From assembly GCA_964412455.1 (NCBI GenBank), contig CAYPOT010000009.1, forward strand, positions 5,179-69,178: a stretch of 64,000 nucleotides of DNA, in the 5' to 3' direction. The notes below the pieces were generated by a model. That model made no database searches. It was not told the DNA's origin and was given only the letters and a program-made list of their open reading frames with translations. The DNA is from an uncultured Nitrospiraceae bacterium (lineage in GTDB: Bacteria > Nitrospirota > UBA9217). Of the stretch, positions 36,242 through 46,593 are shown piece after piece. The stretch's first letter is position 1. Each line of letters begins with the position of its first letter. Made by a program: the position numbers and the translations under genes.

Positions 36242-37285
36242 TCACTGCTCCTCTCCCCGGACGCTTGCGATCACCTCGGGGACCGTGATGCCGGCAAGAC
36301 AGGCCTCGCCGCAGCGTCCGCAGCCCACGCAGAGGGACTCTTCATAGGCCTCGACGAACCCGCGGTGCTTGTGATAATAGCGGTACTTGAGCCGGGAACT
36401 GCGCTCCGGCCGGAAATTGTGGCCCCCGGCCACCTCGGCGAAGTCCACGACGTTGCAGGAATAGAGCGTTTTGGTCTTCCGCGCCGTTTTCAGGTCCGAG
36501 GCCACGGTCTCTTCGACGCCGTAGCAATAGCAGGTGGGGCAGACGTTGGCGCAGGTCCCGCAGCCCAGGCACTTGTCGCCCCACTGCTTCCAGACCGGGG
36601 ACTGGAACTCCATGTCCAGGATCTTGGTGAGGTCCGTGGTGTCCACGTGCGTCGTGAACAGCTTGTTCTTCTCCGCCACGGTCCTCATGTACTGCAGGTG
36701 GTCCGCTTCTTTCGGCGTTTCCGTTTTCAGGTCCTTGCTGATCGCGTAGGCCTCGGCTGACAGGATCTCGATGAAATATTTGTCGCCCATATCAGTGAGG
36801 AAGAGGTCGAACCCGTGGAGCACGGTGTCGGCGCCCATGGAACGGCAGAAGCAGAAGGGCTGGGGCCGGCAGTCCATGCCGATGATGAACATGTTCTTCC
36901 GCTTGGCGGCATAGTAGGGCATGGGATAGACGGAGCCCATCAGCACCTTGTCGAGCTTGTTGAGGGCGTTGATGTCGCAGGCATGAAGACCGAAGAACAC
37001 ATAGGGCCGGTCGATATGATAGTCTCTGTCCTTGGTCCAGTCCCTGCCGGAGATCTTGAAGGTCGCGAGGTCCTCGCGGAAGGGGAGGAAGTACCGTTTC
37101 GCGGGAAGCCTGGTCGCGGTGTAGCCCAGGTCGAGTTTCCGGTAGTCCGCGACCTGCTCGAAGGCGTAAAGGGGCGCGCCGTTCCGGTCCACGCCTGTCC
37201 GCACCGGCCCGACGACCGGGTTCTTTTCGGCGAGCAGGTCAAAGAGGGCTTTCATCTCTGTTTTTTCTGCAATGCGGAACAACAT
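36242..37285 (-). CDS. hydB: Hydrogenase beta subunit: 4Fe-4S protein (HydB/AsrA-like)
   Basis: [14 protein letters not shown] and [11 protein letters not shown] ferredoxin motifs. ATG at 37285 preferred (MLFRIAEK...) with AAGGA upstream. Confidence 0.75.
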   Translation of the reverse strand: MLFRIAEKTEMKALFDLLAEKNPVVGPVRTGVDRNGAPLYAFEQVADYRKLDLGYTATRLPAKRYFLPFREDLATFKISGRDWTKDRDYHIDRPYVFFGLHACDINALNKLDKVLMGSVYPMPYYAAKRKNMFIIGMDCRPQPFCFCRSMGADTVLHGFDLFLTDMGDKYFIEILSAEAYAISKDLKTETPKEADHLQYMRTVAEKNKLFTTHVDTTDLTKILDMEFQSPVWKQWGDKCLGCGTCANVCPTCYCYGVEETVASDLKTARKTKTLYSCNVVDFAEVAGGHNFRPERSSRLKYRYYHKHRGFVEAYEESLCVGCGRCGEACLAGITVPEVIASVRGEEQ

Positions 37286-37606
37286 GGCCGGTGTCCTTGT
37301 GTCGCTGTGACGATGGAGATGGTCCGGAATGACTGTATTGACCTGACCCGGACAAGCCGGAACCAAATATGCCACGAAGTCGCTAAGGCACAAAGAATGC
37401 AAAATCTATTAGCCGCAAAGAGGCACAAAAAGCACAAAAAAGCCCATTCCTATTTTTGCGTCTCTTGCGCTTTTTTGCGGCAAAGATTCTTGCCCTTTTG
37501 ACTAGAATTTGATTCCTTAGTTCCTAAGTATAGCACAGGCAGGCAGGGGGATGCCGGTGATGGTTGCAGGATCATGATTTCAAGGGAAGGATGACGGCGG
37601 CAGCGG

Positions 37607-39556
37607 TCAGGACAGGCTCTGGACGAGATCGTAGAGGACCGGATAATCTCCGCGCGCGTTTCCGGTCTCCGACCGGAGCAGCCGGAGCGCCTCGGGAACG
37701 TACTTCAGGAAGTACTTCTTGCCCTTCTCGACAGAAAGGAACCCGTAGGCGCCGAGGGCCTGCATGTGGCGCTGGAGGCGGCAGGGGAGGAGCGTGTCAA
37801 GGAACGCGATCTCATCGAACTCCCGGGCCTCCTTGTTCATCCCCTCAATATAGTGCGCGACCAGCCGTTCACGCATGGTGTCGTCAAGCCGGTGGTAGGG
37901 GTCCCAGAGGATGGACGCGATATCGTAGGCAGGCGGGGCCATGCGCGCGCCCTGGAAATCGATAACATGAGGAGCGCCCCGCCGGACCATGATGTTCTGG
38001 CTCTGGAAGTCGCGATGAATGATCACCGGCAGGAAGGAATTGACGGTCTTCGCGAGAAGGTGGAGTTCCTCGTCCAGGGCCTTGCGATCGGAGATCTTCG
38101 CTTTTCGCAGACCCGTGACGAACCGTTCAAGAAAATAGGACGTCTCCCATCTCAGGTGGTCGTAGTCGAATATTCGCGACGCCAGGATCGGGCAGTCGAC
38201 CACATGTTCCGAGGCCCGGCTGTGGAGCTTGACCAGGATGTCGAGAACGCGGCGATACAGTGCCTCGACCACCTCGGCATCGTGAGGAAATCTGAGGTAG
38301 GAGTGCAGGGAAAGGTCGCCGAGGTCCTCGAAGAGCGCCCGCCTGCCCGGCTCATCCGTTCCGAGCAGCTGCGGGACCGGGATCCCCTGGGCATGGAAGA
38401 ACTTGGCGTAAAGGAGATGGCGCTCATAGTCGGGGTCGTCGCGTTTGCACTCCATCATGACCGCCGTCATTTCGCCTTTCAGCACGCGGAAATACCGGCG
38501 GTCCGAACCGCCGAGGCCGATGAGGACCGCTTTCGCGATGCTTCCCTTTCCCGCAGCCGGCGCTTCGAAGAAGGAGAAAAGGGGGCCTGCGAGGCCGACG
38601 TCCTTTCTCATCGCCGCCTGCGTCGATGGCTGCATCTCGACCTCCGTGAGCGGGAGCTCATAGCCGGGCCCGATGATGCAGTTCTCGTGGGCGCCCGTGA
38701 CCTCCGCGCCCGGCATGACGACGCAGTTCCGGAGGCGGCTGCCGCCCCGTACGGAACTGTTCTGTTCGATCACGGCATAGCCGTCCACGTCGATCTCGCC
38801 GACCCGCGCCGAGTGGGAGCAAAAGACCGTTTCACCGATCATCCCGAGCGTGTCAAGGACGGCGGCGGTGTAGCTCGCGGGCGTGCCGATATCGCTCCAG
38901 TAGGAGCCGGTGAAGTCCAGGGTCTTCACCTTGTAGCCGGCCTTCGACGCTGCGATCCATGCTTCCGTGGCGTGGGAGACACCGGGTGACAGGAACCGGA
39001 GGATGTCGGGCGAATAGACCGCGACGCCGGTGTAGGCGACCTTCCTCGCGATGCGCGCCGGATCGGGCCGCGAGGCGCCGGGATTCTCCACGTCGATCAC
39101 GCAGTCATTATCGTCGATGACGACATTGCTCAGGTCGGGATGCCGGTGGGTCACGAGCGTGGCGATGTTGCCCGAGGCGAAATGGTCCTCCACGAGCTTG
39201 TTGAACGAGATGTCCAGCAGGATGTCCGCGTTATGGACGATAAAATGTCCGCCGGCGAGAAATGATTCGGCGTTCTTGAGCGCGCCGCCGGTGCCCAGAA
39301 TGGTATTTTCCTGAAAGAACGTGACCTGATCCGCATAGGGCGAGCCCTGGAACCATTCGCGGATCATCTCCGGCTTGTGATGGAGGTTGACGCCGATCTG
39401 CCCCTCGCAGATGGAGGTGAGCTTTCCGAGGATTATCCCGATGAGGGGCCTGCCGAGAAGCGGCAGCAGCGGCTTCGGGATGTGGTTCGTGACCGGCCTG
39501 AGCCGTTCGCCGAGGCCGGCCGCGGGGAGGAATATGTTAAGAGGTATTTTCGGCAT
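37607..39556 (-). CDS. Bifunctional sugar-1-phosphate nucleotidyltransferase (MurU-like, with LbH) / phosphotransferase-family kinase (AmgK/APH-like)
   Basis: N-terminal LPAAGLGERLRPVTNHIPKPLLPLLGRPLI (NTP_transferase G-x-G-x-R) and C-terminal APH-like kinase region (HRDFQSQNIMV). Adjacent to namZ. Confidence 0.6.
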   Translation of the reverse strand: MPKIPLNIFLPAAGLGERLRPVTNHIPKPLLPLLGRPLIGIILGKLTSICEGQIGVNLHHKPEMIREWFQGSPYADQVTFFQENTILGTGGALKNAESFLAGGHFIVHNADILLDISFNKLVEDHFASGNIATLVTHRHPDLSNVVIDDNDCVIDVENPGASRPDPARIARKVAYTGVAVYSPDILRFLSPGVSHATEAWIAASKAGYKVKTLDFTGSYWSDIGTPASYTAAVLDTLGMIGETVFCSHSARVGEIDVDGYAVIEQNSSVRGGSRLRNCVVMPGAEVTGAHENCIIGPGYELPLTEVEMQPSTQAAMRKDVGLAGPLFSFFEAPAAGKGSIAKAVLIGLGGSDRRYFRVLKGEMTAVMMECKRDDPDYERHLLYAKFFHAQGIPVPQLLGTDEPGRRALFEDLGDLSLHSYLRFPHDAEVVEALYRRVLDILVKLHSRASEHVVDCPILASRIFDYDHLRWETSYFLERFVTGLRKAKISDRKALDEELHLLAKTVNSFLPVIIHRDFQSQNIMVRRGAPHVIDFQGARMAPPAYDIASILWDPYHRLDDTMRERLVAHYIEGMNKEAREFDEIAFLDTLLPCRLQRHMQALGAYGFLSVEKGKKYFLKYVPEALRLLRSETGNARGDYPVLYDLVQSLS

Positions 39557-39659
39557 AGGTCTTTACTTCAGGAGACAGGAGCCAGGAGTCAGGAGTCCAG
39601 AAGAAAAGCGGGTACCGGCCTTCCTCCTGCATTCAGAATCTCGATTACGTATGATTGTT

Positions 39660-39760
39660 CAGTAAAAAAAGTCGTCATACCCGCGAAAGCGGGTATCCAG
39701 GGAGCAAGAATATGCTAGAGAATACTGGATTCCCGTTTACACGGGAATGACGGAATATAC
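39660..39760. repeat. Pair of R2 REP hairpins in opposite orientation (BIME-like)
   Basis: gtcatacccgcgaaagcgggtatccag and ctggattcccgtttacacgggaatgac. Confidence 0.7.
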
Positions 39761-39787
39761 AAGAAGTCGACTTTTTTTGCGAGTTCA

Positions 39788-40972
39788 TCACGTATACAAT
39801 AAGTATTTTTTCCTGATCTTCTCGAACTCCTTCAGCTCGTCCTTCCACCACACTTCCATGTCCCTGATGTCCTTCCAGGATTCGATGTCCGTCCGGAGCT
39901 GCCCGCTGCCGGCAAGGATATCGATCGGCATCTTTATCTCTTCATATTCATAGGGAGGTTGTTTCCAGGCGAAGTCCCTCGGCCAGGTATTATGGACCGC
40001 CTTCAGGATGGCAACGCCGGTCTTGAAGGGCTTGAACTTTTCCCGGTCCGTTACGTGGATCTGGGCGCCGCCGCAGAGGATGCCTGTGTGCTTCTGAAAG
40101 GTCGGCTCGAAAAAAAGCGGACGGAACATCACGCCGGGAAGCTTGAACTCCCGGAGCTGGTCCACAAGGGTCTGCGGGTGGATGAAGGGAGCGCCGAAGA
40201 TCTCGAAGGGGCGCGTCGTGCCGCGACCTTCGGACAGGTTCGTTCCCTCCAGGAGGCACATCCCGGGATAGACGAGCGCCGCGTCCAACGTCGGCATGTT
40301 GGGCGAAGGCATGACCCAGGGGAGCAGGGTCTGGTCGAACCATGACTTCCGCTTCCAGCCCTGCATGGGGACCACGCGGTAGTGGATGCCGGGATGGAAG
40401 GTGTCCTCAAGGTAATGACCGATCTCCCCGATGGTCATGCCGTGCCGGACGGGGAGCGGTCTGAGGCCGACAAAGGAATGGTAGCCCTGCCGCAGGACCG
40501 GTCCTTCGGTGATATGCCCGCCGATGGGGTTCGGCCGATCCAGAACAACGACCGTTTTCCCCGCCTCGCGGCAGGCCTGCATGCAGAGGTCGAGGGTCCA
40601 GATGAAGGTGTAATAGCGGGTGCCCACGTCCTGGAGGTCGATGGCCAGGACGTCGATGTTCTCGAGCATGGCGGCAGTTGGTTTGCGTACGGACCCATAA
40701 AGGCTGGCGACCGGCAGGTCCGTGGCCGTATCGCGGAAGCCCTCCCATTCGACCATATTGTCCTGGGTCTGGCCGTAGATCCCGTGCTGCGGGCCGAAGA
40801 GTGCGGCGAGCCGGAACTTCTTCGAGCGGCGGAAAACGTCCACTGCGTGCCCGATCTTCCGGTCCACACTGGCGGGATGCGCCACGAGACCGACGCGCGC
40901 GCCTTTCAGGTCCCTGGGCCAGAGCTTCTCGACGAGGTCGAGGCCGGTGAGTGTTGCTTTCTTGACGGCCAT
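39788..40972 (-). CDS. namZ: DUF1343 protein, exo-beta-N-acetylmuramidase NamZ-like
   Basis: 394 aa; VGLVAHPASVD...LFGPQHG N-terminal signature of the DUF1343 family. Confidence 0.65.
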   Translation of the reverse strand: MAVKKATLTGLDLVEKLWPRDLKGARVGLVAHPASVDRKIGHAVDVFRRSKKFRLAALFGPQHGIYGQTQDNMVEWEGFRDTATDLPVASLYGSVRKPTAAMLENIDVLAIDLQDVGTRYYTFIWTLDLCMQACREAGKTVVVLDRPNPIGGHITEGPVLRQGYHSFVGLRPLPVRHGMTIGEIGHYLEDTFHPGIHYRVVPMQGWKRKSWFDQTLLPWVMPSPNMPTLDAALVYPGMCLLEGTNLSEGRGTTRPFEIFGAPFIHPQTLVDQLREFKLPGVMFRPLFFEPTFQKHTGILCGGAQIHVTDREKFKPFKTGVAILKAVHNTWPRDFAWKQPPYEYEEIKMPIDILAGSGQLRTDIESWKDIRDMEVWWKDELKEFEKIRKKYLLYT

Positions 40973-41061
40973 GAGCGGATTATAGGTTGGATCAGTCCGG
41001 ATGGCAACAGAAATTTCCCCGCCCGGTTGAAAAAAGCGGAAGTATCCTCTATAATGCCGCC

Positions 41062-41268
41062 ATGATATACAAGGTTGTGGAGACGTGCACCGTCACGGAC
41101 GTCGAGATCGAACGCATTCTGAACGAGTGGACCGGGCGGGGGTACTCGTTCGCCAGCATTCAATTCGTCAGCACCGAGGCTTCGCGCAGGCCGGGGATGG
41201 CCTTTGTCTTCTTCACGCAACGGGAAGAGGGCGATCCCGCGGGCACGGCAGGGAGGACGGCCACGTGA
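41062..41268 (+). CDS. Small DUF4177-like protein
   Basis: MIYKVVETCTVTDVEIERILNEWTGRGYSFASIQFV. Confidence 0.4.
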   Translation: MIYKVVETCTVTDVEIERILNEWTGRGYSFASIQFVSTEASRRPGMAFVFFTQREEGDPAGTAGRTAT

Positions 41269-41448
41269 CCGTTCACCCTGTTCTCACTGCGTTTTGACAG
41301 GACATGCGGCACCTTCCTCTTGCCAAGAGCGGGGGAAGTATCGTATACTGTGCATGCCTTGTTTCTCCCTTCTCCGTTCAGGGAGCATCTCGCACAGGGA
41401 CGTAATTTCGCCCGCGCCGGTATGGCGGAAGTAAAGGACATCTTATCT

Positions 41449-42108
41449 ATGAAACGAAGTACGATCGCTCTCGCTCTTATCTTGTCGCTGCTGTCCCTTG
41501 CCGCCGTGGGCTTCAATGGCTGCGGGAAAGGGAACACCATCACCTCGATCACCGTGACGCCGGCAGCGCCGTTCATTGTCAAGGACACGGCGCTGCAGCT
41601 TTCCGTTACCGCTCATTTCTCCGACGGGATGACTTTGTCCTCGTGGACCCAGGTAACATGGCAATCATCGGACACCGCTGTCGCGACCGTCAGCGGCGCC
41701 GGGCTTGTCACCGCGGGTACAGCTACAACAGGTACGGTCGTTATCACGGCGATCGATAAAGCCCACCCGGAGATCACGGCCAGCGTTACTGCCACCATTG
41801 TTGATCTTACTTCTATAGAAATAAAGCCATTGAGTGCGGATGCATTCATCAGCGCCGGGACATCAACGCAATTTACCGCAACGGGGACGTACTCAGCCGG
41901 GACTACCGGGCCGTCAAACCTGACGGAGTTGGTCTCCTGGGCTTCGTCGAGCACCAATATCGCGGTGATCAGCAATGTTACGGAATCGAAGGGGATCGCC
42001 ACTGCAGGAACAACGACAGGAACAACGACGATCACGGCAAAAGTTTTGGCGACAAGCATAACGGGAACACCCATAATAGGAACCGAGACATTGACAGTCG
42101 TTCCCTAG
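41449..42108 (+). CDS. Lipoprotein with bacterial Ig-like (Big_2-type) domains
   Basis: MKRSTIALALILSLLSLAAVGFNGC lipobox, then repeated ITSITVTPAAP.../IEIKP... Ig-like units. Confidence 0.65.
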   Translation: MKRSTIALALILSLLSLAAVGFNGCGKGNTITSITVTPAAPFIVKDTALQLSVTAHFSDGMTLSSWTQVTWQSSDTAVATVSGAGLVTAGTATTGTVVITAIDKAHPEITASVTATIVDLTSIEIKPLSADAFISAGTSTQFTATGTYSAGTTGPSNLTELVSWASSSTNIAVISNVTESKGIATAGTTTGTTTITAKVLATSITGTPIIGTETLTVVP

Positions 42109-42134
42109 GAGCGTTCCGCTGCGGCAGGTGATCC

Positions 42135-42815
42135 ATGAACGTCCTCATCATCCAGAACGTGACGTCCGAGGGTCCCGGCACCATCGCGGACCACCTACAT
42201 ACGACGAATACTCCCTTTACCTGCATCGACCTCGAACAAGGTCAATCCCTCCCGCCTATCGACGCATTCACCCACCTCACTATCATGGGCGGTCCCATGG
42301 CGGTCTATGAGATGGACCGCACGCCCTACCTCAAGGACGAGGCTGCTTTCATCGAGAAGGCGATCAAAGCGGGCACGCATGTGCTCGGCGTCTGCCTGGG
42401 AGCGCAGCTGCTCGCCCATGTCCTCGGCGCCCGCGTCTATCCCGGCGGCACGCAAGAGGTCGGCTGGGGAGAGGTGACGCTCACCGGCGAGGGCATGGGG
42501 GACCGGTGCATGCGGTACCTCGCTGTTGACGGAAGGAATATCTCGCAGGTCTTCCAGTGGCATGGTGACACCTTCGACCTGCCCGAGGGCGCGGTGAGGC
42601 TCGCGTCATCGGACGTCTATCCAAACCAGGCATTTCGTTATGGCGACCGCGTCTACGCGCTCCAGTTCCACATCGAGGTCACGCCGGCTATCGTGAGCGG
42701 CTGGCTCAGGAATGAACAAGGGATCGATCTTCCCGTGATCGACAAACGGTCGCAGGAGATCTACGGCCCTTATCGCGAACGGGCAGAGGGTTTTTACAAG
42801 AGTTTTTTCCAGTAG
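42135..42815 (+). CDS. Class I glutamine amidotransferase-like protein
   Basis: GVCLGAQLL catalytic Cys context and a C-terminal His/Glu region. Confidence 0.7.
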   Translation: MNVLIIQNVTSEGPGTIADHLHTTNTPFTCIDLEQGQSLPPIDAFTHLTIMGGPMAVYEMDRTPYLKDEAAFIEKAIKAGTHVLGVCLGAQLLAHVLGARVYPGGTQEVGWGEVTLTGEGMGDRCMRYLAVDGRNISQVFQWHGDTFDLPEGAVRLASSDVYPNQAFRYGDRVYALQFHIEVTPAIVSGWLRNEQGIDLPVIDKRSQEIYGPYRERAEGFYKSFFQ

Positions 42816-42977
42816 ACCGCCTGCGCGCAATTCCCTGTCCGTCATCGCGCCGATTGCATTCACACTATTATTTGGCGGATATTGTTTTGTTTGACAGCGC
42901 CGGGATTAGTTGCTATACTTTTAAAACCGTTAAGGGATTATCGGTGAGACCAATTCGGCGATCATAAGGAGGAGAAG

Positions 42978-45566
42978 ATGAAAAGCATCAAATGGCTCTT
43001 TGCAGGTGTGCTGCTTCTGGGTATTTCGTTCGTCCTTGCGGCATGCGGAGGAGGCGGAGGTGGAGGAAGCGCCCCACCGGCGACGTACACCATTTCGGGC
43101 GTGGTAAGCGGCGCCACCACGACGGGGGTGACGATCAACCTGACCGGCGCGTCAACGGCGACTACGACCACCGCTACGGACGGGAGCTACAGTTTCACGG
43201 GGCTCGCGAACGGTAGTTATACGGTGACACCATCCAAGTCCTTGTTTACCTTCAATCCAACAAGTTTGGCTGTAAGCGTGAGCGGTGCGAACGTGACCGG
43301 CAGGAACTTTACGGCCATATCCAACCCAACTGGTATAACCTACAGCATTTCCGGTACGGTAAGCGGGGCCAGCGGTGTGACGATCAACCTGAGCGGCGAC
43401 AACACCGGATCCGTGGTAACGGGCGGGACATACACTTTCTCCGGCCTTGTGGCAGGGAGCTACACGGTGACACCTTCCCTCTCCGGTTATACATTCAGCC
43501 CCACAAATAGAGCCATAACGTTGTCAGCGGATTCAACGGCGAATGATTTCGTTGCGATGGCGATACCGGTGGCCTACAGCATCTCCGGCAATGTCAGCGG
43601 CACAACGGGCGTGACAATCACTGTGACCGGCGGCACGGCCAATACGGGCGCCATCACTGACGGTTCTGGCAACTACACCGTCACGGGCCTCTATGACGGA
43701 AACTACACGGTCACGCCGTCCAAGACGGGATTTACGTTCAACCCAATTAGTACCGCCGTACCCATTAGCGGTGCGAACGTGACCGGCAAGAACTTTACGG
43801 CTACGGCCAATACCGCGCCCACCTACACCCTTTCCGGCGCGGTAAGCGGTCCTTATTTCGAGGGCGTGACGATCACGATGACCGGTGACGGGACCGGGAC
43901 GACGACCACCAACGCGAGCGGAAATTACAGCTTTGCGAACCTGCCGGCGGGGACGTATACCCTTACCCCGTCTCTGGCGGGCTACACCTACAGCCCTGCC
44001 GCTCCGGCGGTTGCTGTCAGCGCAAACACGGTACAGAACTTCACTGCTTCGTCAGCGGTAGTTTCCTATAGCATCTCCGGCACGGTGAGCGAGACCACCG
44101 CGAAGACCGGCCGTATCTATATCCAGGCGTACTGGAGCACCTGCCCGGATTGCGGTCCCGTCGCGGGAACGAGCCTTGCCTCCGCGGGGACGTACACGAT
44201 CAGAGGCCTCCAGTCCGGAGACTATGTGGTGGTTGCGGGAATGGATTATATGGACACGGGAGCAATAAATGCCACTAACCCGGCTGGGGGTCCGGTTGCG
44301 GCTACTATTGCATCGGCCAATCTTGCCGGTGTCAACATTACTGTCGCCGACCGGACGCTCCCTGCGCCGGTAACCCCGACCGGGCTGATGATCTTTCCGT
44401 CAAGCGGCGCGGCATTTGTTGTCTGGGATACGCCTTGGAATGCTAACTACGAAGAGATCGCTACATCGTATAAGATTTACTGGGGCACGGACACTGCCGC
44501 ATCGAACGGCGGTACCATAACCGTCGCCGCGCGTGACGATGCCCACTATCTCCAGGCCGGCCTCACCAACGGTGCCATGTATTACAAGATAACCGCGCTG
44601 GTGGACGCCACGGAAAGCACGGCGTCTACGGTAGTAGCGGTGACCATCGGCGCCACGACCGGAGCCAACACCGTGTCCGGCACGGTCACTTTCCCCGGAA
44701 CGGCCACGGGACCGATGGTGGTCGGCGTATACAGCGATACCATCGGTATTTATTTCACCACCATCGCGAGTCCCGTGAGCCCCCAGTCGTACAGCGTTGC
44801 CGGGGTCACTGACGGGAGCTACGATGTTTTCGCCGTCATTGACATGAACAGCAACGGAGTGTTTGGCAGCGGGGATATAGGCAGCACGGAGGACAATCCG
44901 GTTACGGTGAGCGGCAACACCAACACAACGAAGAACCTCACCCTCTCCTCGGCCAGCGCGAGCGCCAAAGTCACCACGGACCACCAGTTCGATGGGACGA
45001 ACCACAACTACCAGGTCCAGTCCGAAGTGGAGGATGGGGTCAAACGCGCTGTTGCCGTGACGCTGGTCTCGGGTCTGAACGTGGCCGTGCCGTCCGACAT
45101 GGGCAAGGAATGGAACTTCCAGATGAATCAGTGGCTTGGCGCCACAAGCCCGACCGTGGGGGATAGCTATGTATTCAAGGTGACCTACTCCGACGCGACC
45201 ACTGAGACCCTATCGGGCAGCGTGACCGCGGTGCTCGGAACGACTGCTATGGCGCAGAACCTGGCAGCCGTGACAGATGGGACGGGTGGCAGCAGCGCTT
45301 CGGTTCCGTTGTTCACCTGGGCCGCGCCCGCATCTCCCCCGGCGACCTACACTTATAGAGTGAATCTCTATGGCAATGACGCTAACTGGTGGTACCCGCA
45401 GGATAACGGTCTGCCGAGCACGACGACTCCGCTTCAAGTGCTGTATAATGCGGATGGCCGGGCTTCCAAAGCAAGCCTGACGCAGGGGACCACGTACACC
45501 TGGCAAGTTAAAGTTCAAGACGCCGCTAGGAATAGCGCGACGCGTCAAGCCACCTACAGTTATTAG
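42978..45566 (+). CDS. Large surface lipoprotein with ~6 carboxypeptidase-regulatory-like/Ig-like repeats and fibronectin-III-like region
   Basis: Lipobox LAACGGG, then repeated TYTISGVVSG...GSYTVTPSKSLFTFNP...VSGANVTGRNFTA modules. Confidence 0.7.
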   Translation: MKSIKWLFAGVLLLGISFVLAACGGGGGGGSAPPATYTISGVVSGATTTGVTINLTGASTATTTTATDGSYSFTGLANGSYTVTPSKSLFTFNPTSLAVSVSGANVTGRNFTAISNPTGITYSISGTVSGASGVTINLSGDNTGSVVTGGTYTFSGLVAGSYTVTPSLSGYTFSPTNRAITLSADSTANDFVAMAIPVAYSISGNVSGTTGVTITVTGGTANTGAITDGSGNYTVTGLYDGNYTVTPSKTGFTFNPISTAVPISGANVTGKNFTATANTAPTYTLSGAVSGPYFEGVTITMTGDGTGTTTTNASGNYSFANLPAGTYTLTPSLAGYTYSPAAPAVAVSANTVQNFTASSAVVSYSISGTVSETTAKTGRIYIQAYWSTCPDCGPVAGTSLASAGTYTIRGLQSGDYVVVAGMDYMDTGAINATNPAGGPVAATIASANLAGVNITVADRTLPAPVTPTGLMIFPSSGAAFVVWDTPWNANYEEIATSYKIYWGTDTAASNGGTITVAARDDAHYLQAGLTNGAMYYKITALVDATESTASTVVAVTIGATTGANTVSGTVTFPGTATGPMVVGVYSDTIGIYFTTIASPVSPQSYSVAGVTDGSYDVFAVIDMNSNGVFGSGDIGSTEDNPVTVSGNTNTTKNLTLSSASASAKVTTDHQFDGTNHNYQVQSEVEDGVKRAVAVTLVSGLNVAVPSDMGKEWNFQMNQWLGATSPTVGDSYVFKVTYSDATTETLSGSVTAVLGTTAMAQNLAAVTDGTGGSSASVPLFTWAAPASPPATYTYRVNLYGNDANWWYPQDNGLPSTTTPLQVLYNADGRASKASLTQGTTYTWQVKVQDAARNSATRQATYSY

Positions 45567-45593
45567 CGAATCTGTGATAAAGCCGTAAATATA

Positions 45594-45620
45594 AAAGGGG
45601 CCTTCGGGCCCCTTTTTTTT
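45594..45620 (+). terminator. Rho-independent terminator
   Basis: aaaaggggccttcgggcccctttttttt. Confidence 0.7.
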
Positions 45621-45861
45621 GGTATGCCAGGCATGACGCTCTGTACTTCGATACAGGCCGGTCAGGTGTGGCGCCTGACTGGCGACTTGGAGGTGCAAAT
45701 CCTCTACGGACCTTGATGGGAGGAACCGTTAGCCGAACAGCAAGGGTGTCCGGGGCGACCCGGAATCTGAAGGAAGCTGTAAGCAAAGTCCCGGCCTGAC
45801 GAACAGAAATCGCCTATCCGCCCATTGCACAGCGGACCTTAAAGCTATGCGGGGGAGGTCA

Positions 45862-45890
45862 TTGACATCCTGCTCGCCGGTCCGTATACT
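45862..45890 (+). promoter_or_regulatory. Sigma70-like promoter TTGACA-N17-TATACT upstream of the T2SS operon
   Basis: TTGACA at 45862-67 and TATACT at 45885-90, ~40 nt before gspC ATG 45929. Confidence 0.45.
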
Positions 45891-45928
45891 GCTTTCGGAA
45901 AGGCGGTATAGCGCGCTGCCGGTGCCTG

Positions 45929-46486
45929 ATGAAGATCGACAATGACAGGATGCACAAAGTATTCGCAGCTCTTCTATTCATAGCGGGGAGCATGCTCGCC
46001 GCCATGGCCGCGCCTGTACCGGTCTGCCATGCGCAGACATCGGCGTACCGCCTGGTCGGAACGGTCGAGAGCGGGCCGTTCACCGGCGCGGTGCTGGACG
46101 ACTCCACGGACGGCCAGACCTTTTACCGGTTGAACGAGAAACTGGCTGACGAATCGCGGATCGTGAAAGTGAAGAGCGATCATGTCGTCCTGAAATGGCC
46201 GGACGGCGCAACGACCGAGCTTTACGTATCACAGGGAAGTGCGGTCAGTGCGGCCGGAGCTGCGCAACCGCGATCAACGCCGGACGTTCGGAACAGAGTG
46301 AAGCCTGTTCAGCCGCCATCGGTCCGTCCGGAGCCGAGCCCGGGCGGCGACGCCTTGGAGGAAAGACGCGCAAGGATAGAGCAAAACCGCAGGGATCTGG
46401 ATGCCAGGTTTGACAAGCAGAAAGGCCCGAGACAGGGAAGCAGCAGAAAGAGGAGCCGCTCCTCCGGCACAGACGAGGGGGACTGA
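45929..46486 (+). CDS. GspC-like protein 1 (GspC N/HR domain only, no PDZ)
   Basis: Signal-anchor plus YRLVGTVESGPFTGAVLDDSTDGQTFYRLNEKLADESRIVKVKSDHVVLKWPDG, paralogous to the next gene's HR domain. Confidence 0.55.
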   Translation: MKIDNDRMHKVFAALLFIAGSMLAAMAAPVPVCHAQTSAYRLVGTVESGPFTGAVLDDSTDGQTFYRLNEKLADESRIVKVKSDHVVLKWPDGATTELYVSQGSAVSAAGAAQPRSTPDVRNRVKPVQPPSVRPEPSPGGDALEERRARIEQNRRDLDARFDKQKGPRQGSSRKRSRSSGTDEGD

Positions 46487-46593
46487 CGACGCCTTGTGCG
46501 GCAAGCAAAAAACACCCGTTTTTCCATGATGTTCCGCACCAAAAAAATTGACAATGCAGGAGCATGAGAGTATAATTTTTCAGGTGGCTTATT

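Noticed and set aside
45621-45861. Possible RNase P RNA, SRP RNA or cobalamin riboswitch in the 360-nt gap before gspC
   Set aside because: Superficial motif resemblance only (AAAGUCCCGG, ACAGAA, CCGGAA...GGAAGC). The spacing and order of conserved elements do not match any of these families.
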